From: Felis catus
Taxonomy: Eukaryota
DNA: 64,000 bases
Direction of reading: 5' to 3'
Assembly (NCBI RefSeq): GCF_018350175.1
Contig: NC_058373.1
Location: 100,008,001 to 100,072,000 of the forward strand
In this document: positions 38,409 through 53,049 of the stretch, piece by piece
Position numbering within the stretch: the first letter of the stretch is position 1
How the letters are laid out: each line of letters opens with the position of its first letter
Translations under genes and position numbers: made by a program
Notes under the pieces: generated by a model
What the model was told of the DNA's origin: nothing
What the model saw: the letters and a program-made list of their open reading frames with translations, nothing else
The model's database searches: none

Positions 38409-41400
38409 GTAAGGCGGGAGGACGGTCATGCGGGGCCGGGCGGGTGAGCGGGGCCGCTACGATCAACTCGGGCTGAGGGCCGGGGGGAGGGGGGATCGGA
38501 CAGTGAGAGGCGGACCCGAGAGCAGCTTGGGGAAACTGAGGCACGCCTGGAGTGTGCGCCAGTGTTCTCGCCCTAAACTTAAGAAGCGGATTGACTCGGT
38601 TTCTCAGAGGCTGGCGGGGTTGAGTGAGTGAGAGTGTGGGTTCCGACAACTTGAAACAGGACAACCCTTTGTTCGGTGTTTTGGCCCTCCGAGGTAAGGT
38701 GTTGGTGGCACCAACAAAGTGGCATCGCAAGAAGTAGCGGCCCCGGTAGCTCCGCCAAAGCTGGACTGTGTTGAGAGAGAGGTTGGATGCTGAGGTAGCA
38801 GCAGCTCTGCTGAAGCTGGACTGCTGCCAGCCATTACGTCACCAGGCAGAGCTGTTCCTCTGCTATTGTTGCTGCGTTTCTTTTATTAGAAGCTTATATT
38901 CCCTCCTGCATCTCCTTTCCTGTGGCTCGATAAGCCTCACACAAATTCCGTTCGATAAGTTCCCCAGCAGGGTTAATGATCGATAACCGATGCCGAGGGT
39001 CGGTATAAAGACCTCCGTAACGCTCTTAATGTTGGCCCCACTTGCTCCATGCTTTGGCTATATATCCTACCTCTTCTAGCCTAGTGGTTTATTTAGAGCT
39101 AATTAAGATAGAAAATACGAGCTTAACCTATGACTGTTGCGGAAACAAACCACTAAACTGTTTTTGCAATAACTTAATAGCTGGAACCTAATCACACCCC
39201 CTTTCTCTTTTATGGGGAATTGCTGGTTGGGTTGCATTGTTCTGCAGCGCTTAGGTATTTGACCCATTTCAAACAGGTTTGAGAGTGGAAGGTTGTCAAT
39301 CATGTGTGTCAGCTAGTGGAATTTAAGCCACAGAATTTTGAGAATTGCCCAAAAACTCTCCCTTCCCCTCCCCCACCAAAAAAAAAAAAAAAAAAAAAAG
39401 CTTGAGGAGGGGTGGAAACAAGGTGACATCATATGCTTAATACTGACTAATATAGAACAATATTGGTCTATGCAGCTAATCCTCTCAAAGGCTTTTGGAG
39501 GTGATGAGAATTAACATAGTTCTGTGCAAAAGTAAAAAAAAAAAAAACATTTGAGGCAGATTGTTTATATTCCCTGTGTAAACCAACTCTTTTCTCCCAT
39601 AATAGATGGGGAAGTAGAATGCATAATTTTAAAATTACAGTCATAACTTCAGCTTTTTACCACACTGAAAACAACAGTTGAAAATAAGAAACAAAACTAA
39701 TTTAACTTGAATTCTTTTCCTTCCCCACCCTTTGGAAGTCCAAGCAATATAATGACAAAACCGAAACAGTAAAAAGCAAAAGTAAAAAGCATGGGTAATC
39801 ATAAATCACATAATCATGCCGTAGTCATGTCACTTATTTGATGATGTTCTCATCTTCTAGTTGTTGTTTAAGCTTCTGTTTTAACACTTCTGTCCTTTAT
39901 AGTTAAATCGATACATTGTGTTCTTCCTGACACCATTTCTGATAGAATACCAGAGACCTCTCATTTGTTTTACTCTAGCTTCAGATATAATTTACCTGAA
40001 AGAGACTAGCAATTCTTATGCCATGATCATCAGATAATTTGTTTTTCCCCTATACATTTGGACTTATAAAATCATATTAATAATTCACTGTAAAAATATT
40101 AGGCATTTCATAAAGTAGCCAAATACTCTTTTTTTTTTTTTTTACCTTTTTTTACCTTTTTAGATATAAGATATGCTACAAAGGGCGTAAATCTTAAGTG
40201 TACAGCTAGGTGAAATTTTATGTATGCCTACACTCGTGTTACCACCACCCAGACTAAGACAGACGGCATTTCTGGTGCCCCAGAAGATTCCCTTGTGCCC
40301 TCTCCCAGTCATACCTCTCACCTTGAGGTAATCACAAAGTGGTTAAATACTATCACAATAGTAAAAGCATCTATAGTTAAGTTCAAAATTATGAAAGTAT
40401 GCTTCCACAGCATAAACTGCATCATATCTAGATTGGGTTTTCATACTTTTAATTGCTGATGTTCCAAGCTAAATGAGGAAGAATTAAAAGTCTAAAAGTC
40501 TTGCTAAGGGAATCTTTTGTTTGTGTGATGTACTTTTCAAAAAGCAGTTAAACACAATAAACCAAGACACTGTAATTCAGAAAGAAGATAGATCAAAGCT
40601 TTTTCCTTTTGGAGTGTCTCCTAAAATTATAGATTGTCTATGCTTCTCTTTTTATAATGAAATTAACAAATTTAAGACACATAACTGTACTTAAAACAAC
40701 AAATTTTCAACTGAGAAAGATATCTTGACCAAAAACCATTTCCTTATTCATTAGAAAAAAATCCAGAGGAATCTGTATTTAAAAGAAAATTTGAATTTAC
40801 ATTATTAGAAGTACACTTTCAATTGATCCTTCTGAATTAATGAAGCTTTTTCAGTGAGTTCTTGGTATTGTAGAAGGATGGTAGGGAAAGCCTATGTAGT
40901 GGCAAATAACAAAACGTAACTGACATTTGATTTTTTTTTTTTTTTACCAAAAGATCCTATACCTGTTTGAATAGTTGTACTTCTTGATTACCAAATCACT
41001 CTCTTTGCTGTCGTTAAATGCCAATTTCATCTTACTGTCAACCTCTTTAAAGCACTTGTTGCATACGTTTCTCACTGATTAAAAACATTCTAACTTTAAG
41101 GACTTAGTTACGAAGAACCACGGAGCAATATAAAAATAAAGTTAGAAAAACAACCATTACTACTTTGAATGCATTTTGGTGGTTCGTCTAAAACTCATTC
41201 AGTTTTCAAAAAGTTAAAACTACCTAAATCACTCTTTCTTTTGTTGACTACACTTGAGTGGAATTGAGATAAGGACAAGTAGCCCTTTTGAAATAACTAG
41301 ACTTTTCAACTTAACCTCCTGGAAGCAGATAGTTGGGGGAAAAAAAAAACTGTACACTAATCTAAAAACACCTACTAAACTTTTTCTGGCATGATCAATA

Positions 41401-43336
41401 GAACAGGTACTTTACCAAAGAAAGGTTCACACTCCTGCACTTTTACCAGGGAAGACTTTAGTCTTTAAAATAGATTATCTGATAAAAAGATGCTACCTAC
41501 CACTGGAACAAGTAAAAGCACTTAAGATGAGAGTTGATAGTATACTATCTTTGGAGTATTGTTATATACCCCAGAATGAACGAGTTCATCTTCAAGGCCC
41601 ATGTTAACATTTTTTTCTTGCAGTTTTGTAACATGATTGCCAGTTGCTTAATTGGGATGAAATATGGTGACCTAATCACAATGCCAAAACAACCAGGAAA
41701 ATTAAATTTAGGAAAATTAAACTCCTACAATCATGGATGCTATCATTGTGCCTGACAATGAATACATTCTTCCAAATACCGATGATAGGTCAAATAGTGT
41801 GTAGTTAAACTTACATGTACTAGGGTGTCGTTATAATGTTTTGTGATTTCTCACAAAAGCATTCCACCACCAAAAATGGAAATTCTTTAAGGATAAGTTA
41901 CTTTACTATATTTTTATCTCATGGCAGCTAGAACAATGGTGAATATATTATTGAATGACAATCTGGAAAAGGCCAAATCTAGAAAATATTTAGCCATCTA
42001 AAATTTGGACATTAACTTCATTTTGGTGAACATTTGAAGTAAATTGTTTATGTACTTTCTAAGGTCTTTATGTTTTCTACTGAAAAGCTTGCCTATGGTA
42101 TGAATGCCAAGATTCTTTTGGATTATTGTGACATAACTAGATAAAAGTTCATTTTGGTTACCACAGGTAAAATATTAGTAATGAAACCACTTTAATATAT
42201 CTGAGTTTTGCTTAGCAATACTATTTTTATATCATGGTAAATGGCACATAGTAATTAGGACTTTGCTAATTTGGTTTCAACAAAATCTATTAAATAGGAA
42301 AGTCTGTAAAACAAGTCTCAAATCATGAGTCAGTTACTGTTTGCTGGAAATAGTGGTTTTAGTTCAGTGTTGGATTTTGTAACATTTGTCTTCACAACCC
42401 CCATGATACAGGTAGATACAAGCAGGGTGTGATTTGTCCAAGGTTAAATGGCTATGCATCAGATGTAAAGCTACCATATAGCCAAAGGCTATAAAGTCTT
42501 ATCAAGTGATTGATCCTTATAATATATTCTGATGGTCACCACCAACTTTTCATTATTTAGTACTTTACTATTTGCTTTCCCACTTTCCCCCATTTCAAAC
42601 CTTTGCCCTCTCCAGCAAACTCTTTCTTCGCCCTTCATTCTCAACATATGACCCTCAGCTCCTAGTTTATAGAAGTAGAAACCAGGGCCATCTGGCTGAA
42701 CAAAGATTCAGAAAAATACCTTAAAATGCTGCAGAGAGTACTCAGTCTTTTTCAAAGAAGTGAAGAAATTCCTCAGAGGTAAAAAACAAAAACAAAAAAC
42801 AAAAACAAACAAAAAAAAAACCACGCACACGCACAGAGTGAATGCAGAATGTTAAAATACCACACAGATGTTTGCCTTGGGGTTGGAGGTGGTTATTAGC
42901 TGCTTCCTGCTGGCCTAAAGCTTGGATGTTAATTTTATGTGTTGGGGGTCTGGGAAGGTGACATTGGAGGCAATACCTTGTGATGAAGTCTAATCAGAGA
43001 CTTCATTCCCTCCAACTTAATCCCAGAATTCTCAAAGTGTATATCTTCAGTGAATGGACTATGAAAAATAAGCATTTTGTCAAAGGTTGATGATGGGCTT
43101 TGTGCCTCTCTCTGCCTTGGTCTTGGGTGATGGAGGTACAAATTGGGAAAGAAAACTCTTTCCTGAGAATGCATGGCAAATTTATTCTCACACAAGTTCA
43201 CACCACTTCTGTCAACTTGGAGAAAAAAATAAAACCCAAACTGAAAATGTAGTTTATTGGTATCTTGGCTTGGTAGTAACCTCAAGAACCTGGAAGGAGC
43301 ACATGCAAATCATTTGTTGACAAGTATACTTTAAAG

Positions 43337-43547
43337 TTTTTTTTTAATGTTTATTTTTCAGAAAGAGAGAGCACGTGCAGGTAGAGGAGGGGCAGAGAGA
43401 CAGGGAGACACAGAATCCAAAGCAGGTTCCAGGCTCTGAGCTGTCAGCACAGAGCCTGATGCAGGGCTCGAACTCAGGAACTGAACTGAGAGGTCATGAC
43501 CTGAGCCAAAGTCGGACACTTAACTGACTGATCCACCCAGGTACCCC
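43337..43547 (-). mobile_element. CAN-SINE
   Basis: Antisense copy flanked by AAGTATAC.TTAAA repeats. Confidence 0.9.
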
Positions 43548-45809
43548 TTGAGAAGTATACCTTAAACCCAGAATCCTAACAGATAAAATTTCACAGAACA
43601 TAAGTATAAGATGAAAAATTACACTACAGAATCTACACTACCAAGATTAAAGATGTTAGAATTATTTATGTGAATTAAGAAAGTAAAAAGTATTGATATA
43701 TGACTTTAAAACTTTAGGCACATTTGGAATCATTTTTAAATTAAAAATATTAAAATTAAAAACTGGAATGAATGGTTAAACAACAGATTAAACAAATTAG
43801 TGAAGATCTGAAAGTAAGATAACCCAGAATATAGCTCAGAAAAATAAAAAATCAAAACTATGAACAGGGGTTAAGGGAGAATGAAAATAGAATGAACAGG
43901 TCCATTATATGTCTAATTGGAATTTCAGAGAAATTCTTCAAAAGAATAAAGACTTAGAATTTGCCCAAATTAATGAAAGACACCAAGTTTCTGATTATGA
44001 AATCCCCCCTGTCAGCCTGCTCATGCTTTCTCTCTCTCAAAAATAAACATTTAGAGAAGATTTTAAAAGTATGATACAGAAATCATGGAGCTGAAAATAA
44101 CACAAAATCTGATGTGAAAATTCATTTGAGGGTTCATCAGCAGACTAGATCAAACAGAAGAAAGGATAATGAACTCAAAGACAAGTCATTGGAAATAATT
44201 CAGTCAGAAGAGGAAAAATAGAATGAGAAAGAATGAACAAAGCTAAAGAGACTTGTAGTACACCATCAAACAGACCAGTATATGCATTGAATCCTAGATG
44301 GGAAAGAGACAGAGAAAGGACCAGAAGGCTTATTCAAAGAAATAATGGCTGAAAACTTCCCAAATCTGGAGTAGGAAATGGACATCCAGATCCAAGAAGC
44401 CAGAAGATTATTAAAAAAGAGGAATCCAAAGAAAGACAAATTATAATCAAGTTGTCAAAAGCCAAAATTATTTTTAAAAACAGAAGAATAGAGCCTTTTC
44501 ACTTACAAGGGAATCCCTATAGGACTGTAAACAGATTTTTCAACAGATATCTTGCAGGCCAGAAAAAGTGGGATGATCTAAAGTGCTGAGAGAAAAATAA
44601 CTGCCAACAAAGAATAATATTTACTTTGTAAAAATATCCTTCAAAAATGGGAAAATAATGACTTTTCCAGATAAACAAAAGCTGAAGGAGTTCATCAACT
44701 GCCTTACAAAATACATACCTGCCTTGCAAAATAATGCCAAAGAGAATTCTTCAAGTTAAAACAAAAGGATGGTAAAAAGCCACATAATAGCATAATTATG
44801 AAACTCATGTAAAGATAAATACATAGACAAATATAGAATTGTATTATTGTAATGGTGGCGATTAAATCACTTTTAATTCCAGTATAAATGTTAAGGAAAA
44901 ATGATTATAAAAATGTTAAAAGATACACAAAGTGGTACAACAAAAAAATGTTAAGGGGGAGAAGTTAAAGTATAGAGTTTTTGTATACAGTTGAACTTAA
45001 GTTATTATCAGCTTAAACTGTCATATTTTTTGTACACCCCAAGGTAACTACTCACACATACCTATAGAAGTTATACAATAGTAAAAGGGAAAGGAATCAA
45101 AGCTTATCAATACAAAAAAAATCAACAAATCACAAAGGAGAATAGCAAATGATGAAAAGACAGACCAAAGAATAACAAGACTAAGAAAAATATCAACAAA
45201 ATGGCAATAGTAAATCCTTAGTTATTAATAATTACCTTAAATGTAAATGGTTTAAACTCCCCAATCAAATCATTTAGAGTTAACTGAGTTGAAAATAATA
45301 AGACCCAACTATATACTATCTACAAGAAACTTACTTCAGATTTAAGAATACATATAGACTGAAAGCAAATACTAACAGAACTGAAGGGAGAAATAGACAG
45401 TAATAGCATAATAGTAAGAGACTTCAATACCCCATTTTTAATAATGGATAGACTATCCAGACAGAAGTTCAAAAAGGAAACAAAGCACTTGAGTAACACT
45501 ATACACCAAATGAAACTAACAGACATATGCAGAACATTTCACCCAACAGCAGCAGGATACACACTCTTCTCAAGCACATATGGATCTTTCCCCAGGGTAG
45601 ATGACATGTTAAATCACAAAATAGGTCTTCACAAATTTGACAAGACTGAAACCAAGTTTTTTTTTTTTCTGACCACAATGAAATGAAAATTAAAAAGCAA
45701 TTGCAGAAGTAAAATTAGAAAATTCACAACTTTGGAAATTAACACACTCTTGAACAGCCATTGGGTCAAAGAAGAAATAAAAAAGGAAATTAGAAAATAT
45801 CTCATGACA

Positions 45810-46010
45810 GGGGCTTCTGGGTGGCTTAGTCGGTTAAGTGTCCGACTTTGGCTCAGGTCATGATCTCACAGTTCATGAATTCGAGCCCCACATCAGGCTC
45901 TGTGTTGACAGCCTGGAGCCTGCTTCAGATTCTGTGTCTCCCCCTCTCTCTCTTCCTCTTCTGCTCGCTCACTCTCTCTCAAAAGTAAAGATTTAAAAAA
46001 AAATTTTTTA
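45810..46010 (+). mobile_element. CAN-SINE
   Basis: Typical; TSD AATATCTCAT(G/A)ACA. Confidence 0.9.
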
Positions 46011-46507
46011 ATATCTCATAACAAAGGAAAATACAACATACCCAACACTTATGTGAACAAAAGTAGCACTAAGAAGTCTGTAATGATAAATGCCTACATT
46101 AACAAAGAACAAAGATCTCATATGAACAGTCTAAACCTACAACTCAAGGAGCTAGAAAAAGAACCCACTAAGCCCAAAGTTAGTGGAAGGAAGGAAATAG
46201 CAATGATCAGAGTAGAAATAAATGAAATAGAGAATAGAAAACTACAGAAAAAAAAAAAACAGTGAAATTTAGAAAAAAAGAAAAGAAAATTATAAGTGAA
46301 AGAAGAGACTTTACAACTGATGCCACAGAAATAAAAAGTCTGAAAAGACCTATACCTAGTATGGAGAGCGAATCAGTAATCAAAAACCTACCAACAGAGC
46401 AAAGTTTAGATTCAGATGGCTTCACTGGAGAATTCTACCAAACATTTAAAAAATTCATGACAGTTTTTCTTACACACTCCCTCCAAAAATTGAAAAGAAC
46501 ATTTCCT

Positions 46508-46715
46508 GGGGTGCCTGGGTGGGTCAGTCAGTTAAGCATCTGACTTCAGCTCAGGTCATTATCAGTTCATGAATTTGACCCCCACATCAGGCTCTGAGCT
46601 GTCAGCACTGCCTGGGATTCTGTGTCTTCCTCTCTCTGCCCCTCTACTGCTCATGCTGTGTCTCTCTTTCTCCCAAAAATAAATAAATATGAAAAGAAAT
46701 TTTAAAAATAAAACA
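46508..46715 (+). mobile_element. CAN-SINE
   Basis: Typical; TSD AACATTTCCT. Confidence 0.9.
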
Positions 46716-47547
46716 TTTCCTAACTCATTTTATAGGGCCAACATCACCCTGATACCAAACCCAGCCAAAGACAATACATGAAATCTACAGGCCAATATCC
46801 AGATAAATATAGATGTAAAAATCCTCAAGAAAATATGAGTAAATTGAATCCAAGAGCACAGTAAAAGGATCATACACCAAGTTGGATTTGTCTCTAGGAT
46901 GCAAGAATGGTTCAACATAGAAAAATCAATTAATGCAGTACACCATATTAACAGAATAAAGGATAAAGTTATGTGATCGTTTCAATAGATACAGAAAAGC
47001 ATTTGACAAAATTTAACATTCTTTCATGATAAAAACTCTCAACAAAGTAGGAATAAAAGAAAATTACCTCAACATAATAAAGGCCATATATGAAAAGCTA
47101 TAAGTAACATCATTTTAATACGTCTTGAAATATGGCCTAATTTTCCTTTTGGTTTCTTTTTTAACCCGATGGTTGTTCAAGAACATGTTGTTAAATTTCC
47201 ACATAGTCGTGAATTTTACATTTTTACTTCTGTTTTTGAAAAATATAAGGAACATAAAAATTTAAATATATTAAATATAAGGGCATACAAACAGTGATCA
47301 TTCATGGAATAAAATTTCCAACAACAGGATACACTTTCTTTTTATTAAGGAACAGTTTTAGAAATTGAGCACATACTAGAGCATGAAAGCAACATTAACA
47401 AATTAGAGACAGTGACGAAGTGATTGAGAGTACATCTCAATACCAGCTGTGCCTATGTCCCTTCTCCATAAATGGGTAATAATAATGCCCATCCCATAGG
47501 GTTGTTATGAGGACTAAATGATACCAAATTCAGAAAAAGTAATTATG

Positions 47548-47975
47548 GGGGCACCTGGGTGGCTCAGTCAGTTAGGTGTAAGATTTCAGATCAGGTCATG
47601 ATCTCATGGTTCATGAATTTGAGCCCCACATTGGGCTCTCTGCTGCCAGTGCAGAGCCCACTTCGGATCTTCTGTCCCCCTCCCTCTCTCTACCCCTACC
47701 CCACTTGTGTTCTCTCTCTCTCAAAAATAAACATCTAAAAATTTTTTGTTAAAAATAAAGGAAAGGGGCGCCTAGGTGGCTCAGTTAAGCATCCAACTTC
47801 AGCTCAGATCATGATCTCACGGTCAGTGGGTTTGAGCCCCATGTCAGGCTCTGTGCTGACGGCTCAGAGCCTGGAACCTCTTCAGATTCTGTGTCTCCCT
47901 TTCTGTCTGCCCCTCTCTTGCTCATGTTCTCTCTCTCTCTCAAAAATATATAAACATTTAAAAAATAAATAAAGG
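47548..47975 (+). mobile_element. Two tandem/nested CAN-SINEs (47548-47760 and 47765-47975)
   Basis: Two heads and tails; outer repeat GAAAAAGTAATTATG, inner repeat AATAAAGGAAA. Confidence 0.9.
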
Positions 47976-48113
47976 AAAAAGTAATTATGAAAAATAACAG
48001 CAAATATTAGCAAATCAAATCCAAAACTATGCATAAAAGATAACACATCCTGACCAATTTTTTTTATCCCAAGAATGCAACATTGATTTAACATTCAAAA
48101 ATCAACATAATAA

Positions 48114-48325
48114 GGGCGCCTAGGTGGCTCAGTCGAGTAAGCAGCCGACTTTGGCTCAGGTCATGATCTCATGGTTCTTGAGTTTGAACCTGGTGTTGGT
48201 CTCTGTGCTGACAGCTCAGAGCCTGGAGCCTGCTTCAGATTCTCTGTCTCCCTCTCTCTCTGCCCCTCCCCCCACTCATACTCTGTCTCTATCAAGAATG
48301 AATAAATGTTAAAAAATTTTTTTAA
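48114..48325 (+). mobile_element. CAN-SINE
   Basis: Typical; TSD AAATCAACATAATAA. Confidence 0.9.
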
Positions 48326-48547
48326 ATCAACATAATAAACCTTATTGACAATGTAAAGGAGAAAATCATATCCTCTCAATAAATGCAGAAAAAGGATTTG
48401 ACAAAATTCAACAATCATGATTTTTTAAAAATCAACTTTTAGCAAAATATGGTAAAGAAGAGAAATTCCTCAATATAGCAAAGAACATTTATAAAAAATT
48501 TATAGCCAACATTATACTTAATAATGAAAGATTGAAAGATTACTTCC

Positions 48548-48720
48548 ATGCTTGGCTGGCTCAGTTGGTAGACCATGTGACTCTTGATTTCAGGGTCATG
48601 GATTCAAGCCCCACATTGGGTATAAAGATTACTTGAAAGGGAGAAAGAGAAAGAGGGAGGAAGGAAAGGAAAGGAAGAGAAAGGAAAGAAAGAAAGAAGA
48701 ATTGGAAGGAGAGAAATAAA
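48548..48720 (+). mobile_element. Short older tRNA-derived carnivore SINE with purine-rich (GAAA/GGAA) tail
   Basis: GGCTGGCTCAGTTGGTAGA...GGATTCAAGCCCCACATTGGG. Confidence 0.7.
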
Positions 48721-49223
48721 ATTGCCTCCATTGTAGGAGAGAGAGAGGAAGAAAGAGGAAGAAAGAAAGATATATTACTCCCTAGGACAAGAAGATACTT
48801 CACTTCTTATCATGGCCATTGTGCTAGAGGCCCTAGACATTGCAGTAAGGTAAGAAAAAAAAAGACTTAAAAATTACAAAGAAAGAACACCAAGAACCCC
48901 CCCCCCCAAATAACCCAATTAAAAATGGGCAGAAGACATGAACAGACATTTCTGAAAAAAAGATACAGATGGTCAATATACCCATGAAAAGATGCTCAAC
49001 ATCACTAATCATCAAGGAAATGCAAATCAAAACCATAATGAGATATCACTTCACACCTGTCAGAATGGCTAAAATCAACAACAAAAGAAATGCCAAATGC
49101 TGGCAAGGATGTGGAGAAAAAGAAAAACTTGTGCACTGTTGGTGGGAATGCAAAGTGGTGCAGCCATGTGGAAAACGGTATGGAGGTTCCTCAAAAAATT
49201 TAAAATAGAACTACCATACCATA

Positions 49224-49442
49224 GGGGCGCGTGGGTGGCGCAGTCGGTTAAGCGTCCGACTTCAGCCAGGTCACGATCTCGCGGTCCGTGAGTTCGAGCC
49301 TCGCGTCGGGCTCTGGGCTGATGGCTCAGAGCCTGGAGCCTGTTTCCAATTCTGTGTCTCCCTCTCTCTCTGCCCCTCCCCCGTTCATGCTCTGTCTCTC
49401 TCTGTCCCAAAAATAAATAAACGTTGAAAAAAAAAAAAAAAA
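49224..49442 (+). mobile_element. Young felid CAN-SINE
   Basis: CpG-intact; TSD AGAACTACCATACCATA. Confidence 0.95.
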
Positions 49443-50208
49443 GAACTACCATACCATATAATCCTATCCTGGGTATTTACCCCCCAAATACAAAAAAATA
49501 CTGGGTATTTATCTAAATAATATGAAAGAATACAAAAACCCTAGTTTGAAAAGATATATTCACCCCTATGTTTATTGCAGCATTATTTATAATAGCCAAG
49601 ACATGGAAACAGCCCAAGTGTCTATCAATTGATGAATGGATAAAGTAGATGTGGTATAAGTATATACAATGGAATATTACTCAGCCATAAAAATCAATGA
49701 AATCTTGCCATTTGCAACAACATGAATGGATCTAACGGGTATAATGCTAAGTGAAATAAGTTAGAGAAAACATGCCATATAATTTCACTTATACATGGAA
49801 TTTAAGAAACATTTGTAGGTAATATGATTGTTTACGTACAAAATCCTATTAAATCAACAAAAAATTGTTGTAGCTAATAAGTGAATTTAAGAAGCTTGCA
49901 TGATATGACTATATTTTATATACTAGCAGAAAACAATTAGAAAACGAAATAAAAATATTGCACCACAAATTAAAATACTTAGAAATATATGTCATAATAG
50001 ATGTGCAAGTCTTCTACAATGAAAAGAAGACAACTACTGAGAGAAATTAAAGAAGCCCTAAGTAAATGGTAAAGTGGACCCTGGAAAACTCATTATTATT
50101 AAGATGTCATTTGTCCCCCAAATTCACCTATACATTCAATGCAATCCTCATTAAAATCTCAGGATTTTTTGGTGGTGATTGCCATGATGATTTAAAAATG
50201 TAAGTGGA

Positions 50209-50432
50209 GGGGCGCCTGGGTGGCGCAGTCGGTTAAGCGACCGACTTCAGCCAGGTCTCGATCTCCCGGTCCGTGAGTTCGAGCCCACGTCAGGCTCTGG
50301 GCTGATGGCTCGGAGCCTGGAGCCTGTTTCCGATTCTGTGTCTCCCTCTCTCTCTGCCCCTCCCCCATTCATGCTCTGTCTCTCTCTGTCCCAAAAATAA
50401 AATAAACGTTGAAAAAAAAAAATTTAAAAAAA
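50209..50432 (+). mobile_element. Young felid CAN-SINE
   Basis: CpG-intact; TSD AAAAATGTAAGTGGA. Confidence 0.95.
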
Positions 50433-50444
50433 TGTAAGTGGAAA

Positions 50445-50600
50445 GGGGTCCTGGGTAGCTGAGGCAACTGAACACCTCGCTCTTGGTTTCTACTCAGGTC
50501 ATGATCTCACAATTCATGTGTTTGAGTCCCCACACTGGGCTTTGAACTGGCAGTGCATGTCCTTCTTGGGGTTCTCTCTCCCTCTCTCGGCCCCTTCCCC

Positions 50601-50649
<49 letters not shown>

Positions 50650-50765
50650 CCTCCCTCCCTCCCTCCCTCCCTCCCTTTCTCTCTCTCAGTCTCTCTCCCT
50701 CCCTTTCTCTCTCTCAAAATAAATAAATAATACTTTTAAAATAAATGAATAAAATAAAATAAAAA
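50445..50765 (+). mobile_element. CAN-SINE with expanded (CT)n(CCCT)n microsatellite at ~50600-50715
   Basis: SINE head, long pyrimidine repeat, AAAAT tail. Confidence 0.85.
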
Positions 50766-51906
50766 TGTATATGGAAATACAAAGGACTTAAAATAGCTGA
50801 AACAATTATGAAAAAGAATGAAGTTGGAGAATCATACTACCTGATTTTAAGATTTATTATAAAGTTACAGTAATCAAGACATTGTAATGGGAAAAAATAG
50901 ACATGTAGGTCAATGAGGCAGAATAAATCCAGAATTAGGCTCATAAATATGTAGTTAATTGATTTTTTTTTTTTACAAAGATGTGAAGGTAATTTAGGGA
51001 GGAAATGAATGCTATTTTTAAACAATGGTGCTGAAATAACTGGTTGTCCATATTGAAAAAACTGAATATTGATTCTTACCTCACACCACACACAGAAATC
51101 TACTTGACATGGATTATAAGCCTAAATATAAAAGCTAAAACTTGTGGAAGAAAAAAAAAAGAAAATCTTCATTGCTTTGAAGGAGACAAAGATTTCTTAG
51201 GAAACAAAAACATGAACCAAAATCGACAAATAAGACTTTATAAAAATTAAACTTGTTTGCAAGGCAGATAAGGAAAAGGCAAGTTACAGACTGGGAGAAA
51301 ATATATCTGACAACAAACTTGTATCCAGAATATATGAAGATCTCTTACAGCTCAATTATAATAAAATTCAATAAGAAACACATGAAAAGATACTCAAAAT
51401 AATTAGGAAAATGAAAACTAAAACCACAATGAGATGCCACTAAATATAGTAGAAAGACTAAAATTAAAAACACTGACTATACCAATATTGGCAAAAATGG
51501 AGATTAATTGGAATGCATGCACTGATGATAGGAACATAAAATTTTACAACCACTTTGGAAAACGGCAGTTTCTAAAAAGGAAAACAAACTTGTCATAAAC
51601 CTAGTCATTATAGTCCTAGATTCCCAAAAGAAATGGAAGCATATGTCTGTACAAAAACTTGAATATGAATGTTCACAGCAACTTTATCAAACTGAAATTA
51701 ACGTAGATGTCCAACAAAACCAGAGATAAACAAATGTGGTATATCCATACAAAGGAGTACTACTCAGCAGTAAAAGGAGGAACGAGCCATTAATAGACAA
51801 AACAACATGAATGAATCTAAATATTGGTAGGCAGAATGAAAGAATCCAGACAAAAATGAACTCACACTATATTACATTTATATTAAATTTTAGAAAATCC
51901 AAACTA

Positions 51907-52105
51907 GGGATGCCTGGGTGGCTCAGTCGGTTAAGCATTCGACTTCAGCTCAGGTCATGATCTCACGGTTTGGGGGTTCAAGCTCTGCATCGGCCTCTGT
52001 GATGATAGCTCAGAGCCTGGAGTCTGCTTCAGATTCTGTGTCTCCCTCTTTCCCTGCCCTTCCCCCCCCCCCTCAAAATGAACATAATAATTTAAAAAAT
52101 AAAAT
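51907..52105 (+). mobile_element. CAN-SINE
   Basis: Typical; TSD AAAAT(C/T)CAAACTA. Confidence 0.9.
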
Positions 52106-52459
52106 TCAAACTAACCTATAGTCATAGAAACTGGATCACCAGTTGCTTGAAACCTGAGGCAGAAGGGAGGATGTACAACAGAGGTATAGGATGAAATTGA
52201 GAGGGTGTGGAAATCTTCTATATTTGATTGTTTTGGTGGTATATGTATGCATAACAAAACTCACCAAATTGTGCACCCTAAATACATGCAGTATGTTGTG
52301 CATATATTATTCCTCAATGAAATTGACCCCCCTCAAAAAAAAAAAAAAAAACCCTCAACCCAGTAAAGAATTCTGCTTGCAATTTACTCCAAGAATAAAA
52401 TCTAAAGTGGGGAAGAAATGTAAAAAGTGCAGCCCCATCATGTACCAGTTCTACATAGC

Positions 52460-52630
52460 TTCGTAAAGTTACTTGGGTAAATTATTTAACTTCTCAGTAC
52501 CTATTTTCCCATTTATAAAAATGAGAATAACAATAGTACCTACCTCATAGAATCATTGTGACAACTAAATTACATAATTCATGTAAAATCTTCAGAGTGG
52601 CCCCTGGCATATATGTTGATTATTAGCTAT
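52460..52630 (+). mobile_element. MIR relic
   Basis: CTTGGGTAAATTATTTAACTTCTC...TAAAAATGAGAATAACAATAGTACCTACCTCATAG. Confidence 0.75.
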
Positions 52631-53049
52631 TAATACTAAATTTCAAAGAATTGGAATTCCATAGACCATATTCTGTCACCACCAAAACATTGTTTGAATT
52701 CAGCAGCAAAAATAATGTGTGAAATTTTATTTGGTAAAACTTCAAACACATATGAACGCATAGATAAAGGAAAGAATCATAATGGAATTTAGAAAATACT
52801 TAGAACTTAGAACTAAAAATATTACATAACAGAACTTGAATGAAGCAGCTAAATTGGCATGCAAGAAGCAAATCTAGAACTTTAAATGTTTACACCAGAA
52901 GAGAACCTGAAATTTAACAAGCTAAGCATCCAATTTTTGTTAGAAAAAGGAAAATAGAATAAGCCCAAAGGAAACAAGCAAAAGGAAATGAATGTAGAGA
53001 TTAATAAAATTAATCTGAAAACAGACAAGAAAGAGGCTTAAAGCCAAAA

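Larger units (their letters stand above)
36990..38560. promoter_or_regulatory. CpG island / bidirectional promoter of TXNDC16 and GPR137C
   Basis: Abrupt GC- and CpG-rich block between divergent first exons; CCAAT boxes at 37417, 37514, 37572 and 37658; GC box GGGGCGG at ~37433; ETS-type CCGGAAG at 37152; no obvious TATA box. Confidence 0.9.
43750..52330 (+). mobile_element. Mosaic of old L1 fragments (ORF1/ORF2/3'UTR) with many SINE insertions; younger L1 3' piece at ~48880-49810; short inverted piece at ~47120-47240
   Basis: ORF1-like (GCTGAAAACTTCCCAAATCTG) and ORF2-like peptides (MDRLSRQK, DGFTGEFYQTFK, YLTPHT.I...WI..LN); boundaries approximate. Confidence 0.75.

Noticed and set aside
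36830..38834. Multiple long overlapping ORFs around the CpG island
   Set aside because: Expected from stop-codon scarcity in GC-rich DNA; only the GPR137C frame is recognisable.
38975..39010. Small CpG-rich imperfect hairpin ACCGA...TCGGT
   Set aside because: The stem is too short to distinguish from chance; it lies in the CpG island shore.
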